From an uncultured Chloroflexia bacterium (lineage in GTDB: Bacteria; Chloroflexota; Limnocylindria; QHBO01), in the NCBI GenBank assembly GCA_963777045.1, contig CAVZPD010000028.1, positions 25,183-89,182 on the forward strand: 64,000 nucleotides of DNA. Reading direction: 5' to 3'. Made by a program: the position numbers and the translations under genes. This document shows, piece by piece, positions 26,876 through 35,333 of the stretch; position 1 is the stretch's first letter, and every line of letters starts with the position of its first letter. Below the pieces are notes generated by a model that was given only the letters and a program-made list of their open reading frames with translations, did no database searches and was not told where the DNA came from.

Positions 26876-27205
26876 ATGCAACGCGCCTCTGCCTACTTCG
26901 CCGCCTTCACCGGGATGTCCGTTCTGTTCGCCGGGCACCCTCCTGCTGGCAGCAATCATCCTGGGTGCGGGCCAGGCGGCGGGCCAGCCGTTGGCCAGCT
27001 CCACGGCATCGGCGTCAGCATCGGCCGAACCGAATGGGCCTCTCGGAACCATCGAGATCCACGCGTTCGATCTCGGCGGGTCGATGTCCTGGTCAATGCC
27101 AGCGAGCTCGGCGTCTGGGCATTCCACTGCCACGTGCTGACGCAGGCCGAGGGAGAGGACGGCATGTTCGGTATGGTTACCGCCTTGATCGTCCAGGAGC
27201 CCTGA
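26876..27205 (+). pseudogene. multicopper oxidase remnant (start region plus extreme C-terminus only)
   Basis: An SD and ATG are retained. Hydrophobic N-terminal pieces fall in two frames. The final copper-site motif GVWAFHCHVLTQAEGEDGMFGMV follows, then the stop. The cupredoxin domains that normally lie between are missing. Confidence 0.55.
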
Positions 27206-27219
27206 CCATCTTGCCTTCC

Positions 27220-27723
27220 ATGCCGCCGTCCGCTCCACGTGATCAGGCCGACGACGAGCCGGCCGGCACCAGCCAGCTGCACGTCGCCCGCCCGGCTCCG
27301 GCATCGCTCGAACGCGCAGCCGACGTGCTGGGTCCCGGTCGCGCCGCCTGGCTCGGGGAACTGGTGGAGGGCGGGGAAGAGGAAGGCGTGGGTCGCTACC
27401 TGCTCGACCTCGAGCTGCGGGTCAACGAGGCGACGCCGAGGGTCGCGTTCCGCAAGGCGGCGTACCTGGACGTCGGAGCGCTGCTGACCGAAGGGGAGCG
27501 GCTGTCGCTCGAGATCTCCTGGCGAGCAGCAGGACTGACCCCGCTCTTTCCCGTCTTCGCCGGACGGCTCGCATGGCGCGACGGGACCCTCGAGCTGAAT
27601 GGCTACTACGCTCCGCCAGGCGGTGGGGTGGGTGTTATCGCCGACCGCCTGCTGTTCAACGTCGCGGCCCGTGCCACCGGGCGCCGGCTGCTGGACCGGA
27701 TCGCCGAGGTGATGGCCGCCTAG
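27220..27723 (+). CDS. hypothetical protein
   Basis: 167 aa from the ATG at 27220. No motif is recognised. Its codon usage resembles that of neighbouring genes. Confidence 0.5.
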   Translation: MPPSAPRDQADDEPAGTSQLHVARPAPASLERAADVLGPGRAAWLGELVEGGEEEGVGRYLLDLELRVNEATPRVAFRKAAYLDVGALLTEGERLSLEISWRAAGLTPLFPVFAGRLAWRDGTLELNGYYAPPGGGVGVIADRLLFNVAARATGRRLLDRIAEVMAA

Positions 27724-27849
27724 CAGCTGCCCTGGAGCTGCCTTCCGCCGCCTGGAAGATCCCGGCGCCGCCGGGACAATCGACCCTTGCCGTGCCCGCC
27801 CTCGGATATATCGTGAGGCGCTATAGCGGCAATCGAGCAAGGGAGCGGC

Positions 27850-28176
27850 ATGGGGTTGGACGCAACCGGCGACCTCGGAAGATTCGCGGAGCCGGCGGTG
27901 CTCGTGCTTGCCAGCCTCAGCGACGGTGCGAAACACGGCTACGCGATCATGACCGACGTCCAGGCATTTTCGAAAACGCCACTCGGTCCCGGCACGCTCT
28001 ACGCGGTCCTCTCCCGCCTGGAGCGGGCGGGCCTGATCGAACCGATGGCTGCCGATGAGCGGCGTCGGCCGTACCGCATCACCGCGATGGGACGCAGCGC
28101 CCTGCGGGCCCAGCTCGACCAGATGGATCGCTTCGTCGCACTCGGACGCGTGCGAGTCGCGAGGGCGGACGGATGA
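27850..28176 (+). CDS. PadR family transcriptional regulator
   Basis: LVLASLSDGAKHGYAIMTDVQ ... GPGTLYAVLSRLERAGLIE ... RRPYRITAMG. Confidence 0.88.
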   Translation: MGLDATGDLGRFAEPAVLVLASLSDGAKHGYAIMTDVQAFSKTPLGPGTLYAVLSRLERAGLIEPMAADERRRPYRITAMGRSALRAQLDQMDRFVALGRVRVARADG

Positions 28177-29039
28177 AGGCGCGCCCATCAGCCTCGCTGA
28201 TCCAACGTCTGCTCCTGCGAGCCTACCCGCGCCCGTGGCGGGAGCGGTACGGCGAGGAGTTCCTCGACCTCCTGGCCGACCGGCCGCTGCACCTTCGCGA
28301 CCTGCCCGATGTGCTCGGAGCGGCGCTCGACGCCCACCTCCATCCGGGACACGTCGCCATCGCTCCATCGCACCTTCTGCCGCGCCGTGCCGAGCTGCCA
28401 GCGCTGTCGGCGCCGAACATGACCTACGGCGTCGTGACCGGCGTGCCGCCGATCGGAGTCCTGAGCCGCCGCAGCTTCATGCGACGCATGCTGGCCGCGG
28501 GTGTCGCGCTGCTCAGCATCGAGTTCCTGGGCGGCACGCTCTCGTTCCTGTGGCCGAACGTCCGCCAGGGCCTGGGCGCCAGCTTCCGCGTCGGGACGCT
28601 GACGAGCATCGTCGCGGGACAGCCGTCGTTCGCCACCGGTGAGATGTTCCCGTTCAATCCGGCGCGCGCCTTCCTGGTCAACGTGCCGGCGGCCACCGCC
28701 CTGGCCAGCGGCAACCCGACCTCGATCACCGGCCCAGGCGCCGATCAGCTGCTGGCTCTGTGGCGCAAGTGCCCGCATCTCGGGTGCCTGGTGCCGCAGC
28801 CCTGCGACGAGCTGCACCGCATTCGCTGTCGCTGCCACGGCAGCACCTACAACGTGCTGGGCGAGAAGCTGAAGGAGGGCCCGGCTGAGCGCGGGCTGGA
28901 CCGATTCGCGGTCAGCATCGAGCGCGACGGCACAGTCGTGATCGACACGAGCCAGATCACCCAGGGAGCCCCCAACCTCGGACCCGATCGGCTGGTCTTC
29001 AGCGACCCGCACCCGTGGGGCGCCACCTGCGACATCTGA
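28173..29039 (+). CDS. Rieske [2Fe-2S] protein with N-terminal PadR-partner-like extension and internal twin-arginine/TM segment
   Basis: ATGA overlap with padR. Residues 1-60 are soluble and helical (YPRPWRERYGEEFLDLL). SRRSFMRRMLAAGVALL lies near residue 100. The Rieske ligands are CPHLGC ... CRCHGS. Confidence 0.8.
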   Translation: MKARPSASLIQRLLLRAYPRPWRERYGEEFLDLLADRPLHLRDLPDVLGAALDAHLHPGHVAIAPSHLLPRRAELPALSAPNMTYGVVTGVPPIGVLSRRSFMRRMLAAGVALLSIEFLGGTLSFLWPNVRQGLGASFRVGTLTSIVAGQPSFATGEMFPFNPARAFLVNVPAATALASGNPTSITGPGADQLLALWRKCPHLGCLVPQPCDELHRIRCRCHGSTYNVLGEKLKEGPAERGLDRFAVSIERDGTVVIDTSQITQGAPNLGPDRLVFSDPHPWGATCDI

Positions 29040-29046
29040 CCGCGGC

Positions 29047-30237
29047 CTAGACGACGTTGACCTCCAGCAGCGGCTCGCCGCGCAGGATGCGTTCGTAGCC
29101 GAGCGGCGAGAGGTCGAGCGTCTCGAAGCGGCCCGTGGCGATCCACTCGGCGAGCCCGCGGCCCACTGCCGGCGCCTGCTGCAGCCCGTGACCCGAGTAG
29201 CCATTCGCGAGCAGGAAGCCGGCGACGGCCGGATGGGGTCCGATCACCGCATTGTGGTCGAGCGTGTTTACCGCGTAGTGGCCCGCCCAGGCGTCGAGGA
29301 GGCGGAGCGACTCGAAGGCCGGGACGCGCTCGGCGAGCGCCGGCCACATCCGCTCCTCGAACGCCGCACGGTCGACCTCGAGGTCCAGGGTGTCAGGGTC
29401 GGGCTCACCGGCTCGTGGGGAGTAGCCGCCGATCCAGGCCGGCCCCTCCGGCCTGAAGTAGATGCCGGACGGATCGATCGTGAGCGGTGCCGACCCGAGC
29501 TGCGTGCGGCAGTCAAAGTGGTAGACGTAACGCTTGCGCGGCCGGACGGGGAGGTCCACGCCCGCCATGGCAGCGACTGCCGCCGCGCGGGGTCCGGCGG
29601 CATTGACGATCCACTCGGCGGCGATCTCGCGGCCGCCCTCCAGCCGGACCCCGGTGACCCGGTCGCCGTCGCGCAGCAGGTCCGTGACCTCGCCGGTCTC
29701 GTAGTCGACGCCGAGGGAGCGCGCCTTGCGACGGAAGGCCTGCAGCAGCGCGTAGGCATCGAACCAGCCCTCGTCCGAGAGCCCCAGCGATCCGCCGGCG
29801 AGCCCTTCGACGTTGAGCCACGGGAAGCGCTCGTGCAGCTCCATCGGCGTCAGCAGGACGGCCGGAACCCGGTGCGCCCGCTGGACGGCGTGGTTGGCCT
29901 CCAGGGCGGGGAGCCCGGCATTGGTCGCCAGGAAGAGGTAGCCGGCCTCGACGAAGTCGACCCGGGGCGGCGGCTGGCCGCGGACGCCAAGCCATCGGTC
30001 CAGGTCCTTGATGAGCGAGATCCCGAAGCGGCTGATCTCGATGTTCACCGGCGTGCTGAACTGCAGCCGGATCGACGCCGCCGAGAGCGTGGTTGACGCG
30101 GTCCGGTAGGTCGGGTCGCGCTCGACCACGACGACGCGTCCGTGCCAGTCGTCGCGCAGCGCCAGGAAGGTGGCCACGGCGCTGCCGACGATGGCACCCC
30201 CGACCACCACCACGTCGGCGCGCTGCGGTCCGCTCAC
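29047..30237 (-). CDS. FAD-dependent oxidoreductase (DAO family)
   Basis: DVVVVGGAIVGSAVATFLA dinucleotide fold and a C-terminal GYSGHGLQQAPAVG. Confidence 0.85.
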   Translation of the reverse strand: MSGPQRADVVVVGGAIVGSAVATFLALRDDWHGRVVVVERDPTYRTASTTLSAASIRLQFSTPVNIEISRFGISLIKDLDRWLGVRGQPPPRVDFVEAGYLFLATNAGLPALEANHAVQRAHRVPAVLLTPMELHERFPWLNVEGLAGGSLGLSDEGWFDAYALLQAFRRKARSLGVDYETGEVTDLLRDGDRVTGVRLEGGREIAAEWIVNAAGPRAAAVAAMAGVDLPVRPRKRYVYHFDCRTQLGSAPLTIDPSGIYFRPEGPAWIGGYSPRAGEPDPDTLDLEVDRAAFEERMWPALAERVPAFESLRLLDAWAGHYAVNTLDHNAVIGPHPAVAGFLLANGYSGHGLQQAPAVGRGLAEWIATGRFETLDLSPLGYERILRGEPLLEVNVV

Positions 30238-30253
30238 GGACCGATCCTAGCCG

Positions 30254-30883
30254 TTAGGCGACGCGATGGATCGGCTGGCGGAGGATGGTGTGCACCGCCG
30301 CAACGGAGCGGTGCCGGAGGTCCGCGAGGAAGATCTCGTGATGCGGTCCCCCGGGTTCGTAGCCCTTCGATCGGGCGTGCTCCACCACCTGGCGGAGGAC
30401 ATCGCTGCCATTCGCGTGCGCTGGGCAGGCGGCCTGGGCGCAGAGCCCCTCGCGCAGCGAGCCGAGCCGAACCCGCCCGCGGGTGGGCGGCGTCGGGCCC
30501 GCGTGCCGTCGCTCCACGACCGCGGCAAGCAGCTCCGGACCGATGCAGGCCGGTTGCGCCACCATGGCCGTCCACGACCGGGAAGCCGAAACGTCCTCCT
30601 CCCACGGCTCTTCGCCGGGCTTCCACCAGAGGAGCTCGAGCGGCATGGGGTCGTACAGGTCGCCATCGCCTTGCTGGCGGTAGAGGCGCAGCGTGGCGGA
30701 GATGTCGCCGAGCTCGCGCACCGCTGCCCGAAACTCCTCGCTGGCCGCGTCACCGTGACCGTCCACCATCAGGAAGTTGGCCATGGGGACGTTGACGAAC
30801 GTGACTCGGCCGGCCGACGACGACATCGCCCGGCGCAGTCTTCGCAGCTGGTCGTACTGTCCTGGCGAGATGGTGGCGCGCAT
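30254..30883 (-). CDS. GyrI-like small-molecule-binding domain protein
   Basis: I chose the start at MRATISPGQYD. The sequence reads FLMVDGHGD ... WTAMVAQP ... GPHHEIFLADLR, a GyrI-like pattern. Confidence 0.7.
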   Translation of the reverse strand: MRATISPGQYDQLRRLRRAMSSSAGRVTFVNVPMANFLMVDGHGDAASEEFRAAVRELGDISATLRLYRQQGDGDLYDPMPLELLWWKPGEEPWEEDVSASRSWTAMVAQPACIGPELLAAVVERRHAGPTPPTRGRVRLGSLREGLCAQAACPAHANGSDVLRQVVEHARSKGYEPGGPHHEIFLADLRHRSVAAVHTILRQPIHRVA

Positions 30884-31010
30884 GCCCGGCAGCGTGGGCC
30901 AGCGGGGGCTGTCCCGACAGTGCCAATGCGCCATAAATGTCCGTGCCCGAAGTCGATTCCTGCAGCGTGCGCTCCACGAGGCCAGGCCGAGCGCATAGAC
31001 TCATCCCGTC

Positions 31011-32690
31011 ATGGCCGCCCCGAAGCCAGTCATCCTGGCAGTCGACGACGATGTCCCCGTGCTCCGCGCCGTCGAGCGCGATCTTCGATCCCACTACGGC
31101 AAGGCGTACCGGATCGTGGCCGCCACCGGGGGAGCGGAGGCGCTGGATGCCGTCCGCGAGCTTTCGCTGCGTGGCAGCACCATCGCGCTCTTCGTGGTCG
31201 ACCAGCGCATGCCGGGCGTGACGGGGATCGAGTTCCTGGCCCAGGCGATCGAGCTGCAGCCGGACGCCAAGCGCGTCCTCCTGACCGCCTACGCCGATAC
31301 CGACGTCGCCATCAAGGCGATCAACGACATCCGCCTCGACCACTACATCCTCAAGCCCTGGGACCCGCCCGAGGAGCGGCTCTTCCCGATCACGGACGAC
31401 CTGCTGGCCGACTGGAGCGCCAACTTCCGGCCGGCCTTCGAAGGGTTGCGCCTGCTGGCGGGCCGATGGGCGCCCCGTGGCCACCTGATCCGCGACTACC
31501 TGACGCGCAACCAGGTGCCATACGCCTGGCTCGATCCCGAGGAGGAGGGAGAAGGGATGCGGCTCGCCTCGTCGCTGGCCGAGAGCCAGCCCAGCGAGGC
31601 GACGATCGACCCTGCCGTCCCGATCGTCTTCTTCCCCGACGGCAAAGTGCTGCGCGACCCGTCCCCGCGCGACATCGCCGAGGCCGTCGGCCTGCAGACC
31701 AGGGCCGCCCTGCCGTTCTACGACGTGGTGATCGTGGGTGGCGGTCCGGCCGGGCTGGCGGCGGCCGTGTACGGCGCCAGCGAGGGGCTGAAGACGCTCC
31801 TCGTCGAGCGGGAGGCGCCCGGTGGACAGGCCGGTACCACCAGCCGGATCGAGAACTACCTGGGATTTCCGGCCGGCCTGACCGGCGGCGACCTCGCGCG
31901 CCGGGCCCTCGCCCAGGCGCGTCGACTCGGAGCCGAGATCCTGTCGCCGCAGGAGGTGACGGGCATCCGTCGCGAGGATCCGTACCGCGTGGTGGTCCTC
32001 GCCGACGGCTCCGAGCTCTCCTGCCAGAGCGTCGTGGTGGCGACGGGTGTCTCCTACCGACAGCTCAACCTGCCGAACGCAGCGAGGCTGGCGGGAGCGG
32101 GCATCTACTACGGGGCGGCGACCACCGAGGCAGTCCTCTACCGGGACACCGAGGTCGGGGTGGTCGGTGGCGGCAACTCCGCCGGCCAGGCGGCCGTCTA
32201 CCTCTCGCGCTATGCCAAGCGCGTCTACCTCATGGTCCGCGGCGAGGCACTGTCGCAGATGAGCCAGTACCTGATCGAACAGATGGAGGCGATTCCGAAC
32301 ATCGAGGTCTGTACGCAGACGCAGGTCAGCGAGGTCCGCGGCGATACGCACCTCGCCGGCGTGACGGTCGATGCCTCCGACGGCGGACGCGAGCTGGAAC
32401 TGGCTGCGATCTTCGTCTTCATCGGCCAGCAACCGCGTACCGAATGGCTCGAGGGCTTCGTGCTCCGCGACGAGTACGGCTTCGTGCTCACCGGCTCGAA
32501 CCTGTTGACGGAGGGAAAGCCCCCTTCGGGCTGGGGCCTCACCCGCGAGCCGTTCCTGCTCGAATCGAGCATGCCGGGCGTCTTCTGTGCCGGCGACGTG
32601 CGGCATCGGTCGGTCAAGCGCATCGCCAGTGCCGTCGGCGAGGGATCGATGTCGGTCCAGTTCGTCCACCAGTACCTGGCCACCCTGTAG
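31011..32690 (+). CDS. fused response-regulator receiver / thioredoxin-reductase-like flavoprotein (no CxxC)
   Basis: The receiver reads ILAVDDDVPVL ... LFVVDQRMPGVTG ... KP. The reductase-like part reads YDVVIVGGGPAGLAAAVYGASEG, VGVVGGGNSAGQAA and VFCAGDV. Where TrxB carries CATC, this protein reads YYGAATTEA. Confidence 0.88.
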   Translation: MAAPKPVILAVDDDVPVLRAVERDLRSHYGKAYRIVAATGGAEALDAVRELSLRGSTIALFVVDQRMPGVTGIEFLAQAIELQPDAKRVLLTAYADTDVAIKAINDIRLDHYILKPWDPPEERLFPITDDLLADWSANFRPAFEGLRLLAGRWAPRGHLIRDYLTRNQVPYAWLDPEEEGEGMRLASSLAESQPSEATIDPAVPIVFFPDGKVLRDPSPRDIAEAVGLQTRAALPFYDVVIVGGGPAGLAAAVYGASEGLKTLLVEREAPGGQAGTTSRIENYLGFPAGLTGGDLARRALAQARRLGAEILSPQEVTGIRREDPYRVVVLADGSELSCQSVVVATGVSYRQLNLPNAARLAGAGIYYGAATTEAVLYRDTEVGVVGGGNSAGQAAVYLSRYAKRVYLMVRGEALSQMSQYLIEQMEAIPNIEVCTQTQVSEVRGDTHLAGVTVDASDGGRELELAAIFVFIGQQPRTEWLEGFVLRDEYGFVLTGSNLLTEGKPPSGWGLTREPFLLESSMPGVFCAGDVRHRSVKRIASAVGEGSMSVQFVHQYLATL

Positions 32691-32693
32691 GTC

Positions 32694-34109
32694 ATGACCC
32701 TCGACGCGCTGCGCAGCGCGCCCCTCTTCACCGGCCTCTCGGAGGCAGACCTGGGCCGCCTGGGCGAGACGTCGACGCGGCAGCACCTGGACCCGGGCGA
32801 GTACCTGCTGCGCGAGGGCGAGGCCGGCGACGCCATGTTCGTCATCGTCTCCGGAGAGCTGGAGGTGACGAAGCGCGCCGAGGACGTGGAGCTGCCGCTG
32901 GCGCGGGTGGGGCCCGGCGCCATCCAGGGTGAGATCGCGGCCATCGGCGGTCACACGCGTGCGGCATCGGTCCGCGCCATCACCGAGGTGGAGGTGCTGC
33001 GGATTCCGCGCGAGGGCCTGCTGGCGCTGCTCGACGCCGGGCCGGAGCCGGCGCTGGCGCTGCTGCGCACCGTCCTGGAGCGAATACGCGGCCTGGAGAA
33101 CTTCGTCCGCGGCCGCGAGAAGCTGGCGGGCCTGGGGACGCTGGCCGCCGGCCTGGCCCACGAGCTGAACAACCCTGCCGCGGCCATCCGCCGCTCGGTC
33201 GGCTCGCTGAGCGAGGCGATCGCGCACCGCGACCAGCTTCATCCGCCACACGAGCTGATCGGCGTCCAGCCCAGCGTCGAGCGCGCCCCGACCACGCCGC
33301 TGCAGCGCGCCGACGCCATCGACGAGATGCTCGAGCTGGTCGACGATTCAGAGACGGCGGCGGCCCTCGTCGACGCAGGCTGGAGTGTTGACCAGCTGCG
33401 CAGCGCGTTCACCGACATGGAGGACGACGCCGCGCGCGCCAGCGCCGACTGGTTGGCGGCGACGGCGACGGTCGACGCCCTGCTGGACGAGGTCCGCATG
33501 GCGGGCGAGCGGATTAGCGAGATCGTCGGCGCGGTGAAGACGTACGTCTACCTCGACCAGGCGCCGGTGCAGCGTGTGAACGTGCTCGCCGGCCTCGATA
33601 ACACGCTCGTCATCCTGCGCTCGAAGCTGCGGACGGTGGACGTCACGCGCCACTACGACCCGGCCATCCCCGAGATCGAGGCGTACGGCAGCGAGCTGAA
33701 CCAGGTCTGGACGAACCTGATCGACAACGCCGTCGACGCGATGGACGGTCGCGGCGCGATCGATATCTACGTCCGGCCCACCGACCAGGGCGGGGTGGTC
33801 GTGCGGATCTGCGACACCGGGCCGGGGATCCCGCCGGACGTGATGCCTCGCCTCTTCGAGCCCTTCTTCACCACGAAGCCCGTCGGAGTGGGCACCGGTC
33901 TGGGGCTGCACATCACGCACTCCGCGGTGGTGCGCGTCGGCGGCTCCGTGGAGGTGGAGCCGAACCCGGACGGCGGCACGTGCTTCGTGGTCACCCTGCC
34001 GCCGCGGCTGCCGGAGGGCCGGGCCAGCGCGCAGGCCTCGGCCGACGCGACCGTCGCACTGGAGCCGGGCGTGACGCCTCTCACCGGTCCCGACGCGCCC
34101 GAGGCGTGA
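32694..34109 (+). CDS. cyclic-nucleotide-binding domain sensor histidine kinase
   Basis: The N-terminal cNMP-binding fold reads FVIVSGELEV ... GEIAAIGGHTRAASVRA. H-box is LAHELNNP, N-box is NLIDNAVDAM, G1 is DTGPGI and G2 is GTGLGL. Confidence 0.88.
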   Translation: MTLDALRSAPLFTGLSEADLGRLGETSTRQHLDPGEYLLREGEAGDAMFVIVSGELEVTKRAEDVELPLARVGPGAIQGEIAAIGGHTRAASVRAITEVEVLRIPREGLLALLDAGPEPALALLRTVLERIRGLENFVRGREKLAGLGTLAAGLAHELNNPAAAIRRSVGSLSEAIAHRDQLHPPHELIGVQPSVERAPTTPLQRADAIDEMLELVDDSETAAALVDAGWSVDQLRSAFTDMEDDAARASADWLAATATVDALLDEVRMAGERISEIVGAVKTYVYLDQAPVQRVNVLAGLDNTLVILRSKLRTVDVTRHYDPAIPEIEAYGSELNQVWTNLIDNAVDAMDGRGAIDIYVRPTDQGGVVVRICDTGPGIPPDVMPRLFEPFFTTKPVGVGTGLGLHITHSAVVRVGGSVEVEPNPDGGTCFVVTLPPRLPEGRASAQASADATVALEPGVTPLTGPDAPEA

Positions 34110-34162
34110 CGGTCAACCACTTCGATTCCGATCCGGAGCGGATCGTGCAGCGTAGGAAGTGC

Positions 34163-34456
34163 ATGATGGCAAAGGCAACCTGGAACGGAGCCCTCCTGGC
34201 GGAGGCACCCGCCGACGCGGTCAGGATCGTGGAGGGCAACGTCTACTTCCCGCCCGACTCGGTACGTTCCGAGCGGCTCCAGCCCACTGAGACGCACACC
34301 GTCTGCGGGTGGAAGGGGACCGCCAGCTACTACGACGTCGTGGTGGATGGCGAGGTCAATCGCGACGCGGCGTGGTACTACCCCGACGCGAAGGACGCGG
34401 CCAAGGACGTCGAGGGCTTCGTCGCCTTCTGGCACGGGGTGAGCGTCGAGCGATGA
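34163..34456 (+). CDS. DUF427 domain protein
   Basis: MMAKATWNGALLAEAP ... VEGNVYFP ... CGWKGTASYYDV ... AWYYP. Confidence 0.8.
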   Translation: MMAKATWNGALLAEAPADAVRIVEGNVYFPPDSVRSERLQPTETHTVCGWKGTASYYDVVVDGEVNRDAAWYYPDAKDAAKDVEGFVAFWHGVSVER

Positions 34457-35325
34457 AGTTGGGGCTGCAGATCAACACCTTTACCTGGCCGGGCGGCGCA
34501 GCCGCCATCGGTCCAACCCTCGCCGGCGTCACCCGCAAGGCCGATGAGGTCGGCCTCGACTCCATCTGGGTGATGGACCACTTCTTCCAGATCCGGGGCC
34601 TGGGGCCCCCGGAGGCGCCGATGCTGGAGGGGATGACCGCGCTCGGCTTCATGGCCGCGCATTCCGACCGGGCTCGGCTGGGGCTCATGGTCGGCGGGAT
34701 CCACTACCGCCAGCCGGCCCTCTGGATCAAGGCCACCACCACGCTGGACGTCCTGTCCGGGGGGCGGGCCTGGTTCGGCATCGGCGCTGCCTGGAACGAG
34801 GAGGAGTCGACCGGCCTCGGCTTTCCCATGCCGCCGCTGCGCGAGCGCTTCGAATGGCTCGAGGATACGCTGCAGATGGCCAACGAGATGTGGAGTGGCG
34901 GCTCCGGGACCGGCGAGCACTTCGAGGGCCGGCACGTCTCGGCCACCCGGTTGCTCAACTCGCCGCAGGCCATCAGCCGGCCGCGCGTGCCGATCATGAT
35001 CGGCGGCGGTGGTGAGCAGAAGACGCTGCGCCTGGTGGCGCAGTACGCGGATGCCTGCAACGTGTTCGGCGGTCCCGAGCGCATCGCGCACAAGTACGCG
35101 GTCCTGCGCGAGCACTGCGAGCGGCTGGGGCGGCCCTACGACGAGATCGAACGCAGCACCCTGCAGTCGGTCGACCTCGAGCGGGAGTCGCCGGACCAGG
35201 TGGTCGAGCGCTTCGGCGCGCTCGGGGAAGCTGGCGCGCAGCACGTCCTCTTCAGCCTGCGCGGGGTCAACGACCTCTCGCGCCTGGAGCGCATGGGGGC
35301 GGACGTTCTGTCGCAGCTGCGCTGA
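34453..35325 (+). CDS. LLM-class F420-dependent oxidoreductase
   Basis: ATGA overlap with the DUF427 gene. The sequence reads MKLGLQINTF ... GLDSIWVMDHFFQI ... GIGAAWNEEE. Confidence 0.85.
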   Translation: MKLGLQINTFTWPGGAAAIGPTLAGVTRKADEVGLDSIWVMDHFFQIRGLGPPEAPMLEGMTALGFMAAHSDRARLGLMVGGIHYRQPALWIKATTTLDVLSGGRAWFGIGAAWNEEESTGLGFPMPPLRERFEWLEDTLQMANEMWSGGSGTGEHFEGRHVSATRLLNSPQAISRPRVPIMIGGGGEQKTLRLVAQYADACNVFGGPERIAHKYAVLREHCERLGRPYDEIERSTLQSVDLERESPDQVVERFGALGEAGAQHVLFSLRGVNDLSRLERMGADVLSQLR

Positions 35326-35333
35326 TCGGCGTC

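Noticed and set aside
27724-27849. Small AT-rich palindromes (GATATATC, CGCTATAGCG) upstream of padR as a PadR operator
   Set aside because: They do not resemble the ATGT/ACAT-type PadR sites I know, and no convincing -35/-10 spacing could be built. They are left unannotated.
30266-33251. 888-aa plus-strand and 833-aa minus-strand ORFs spanning the GyrI, receiver-flavoprotein and kinase genes
   Set aside because: Both are low-complexity, Arg/Pro/Gly-rich shadow frames. The annotated frames carry complete receiver, Rossmann and histidine-kinase motifs.
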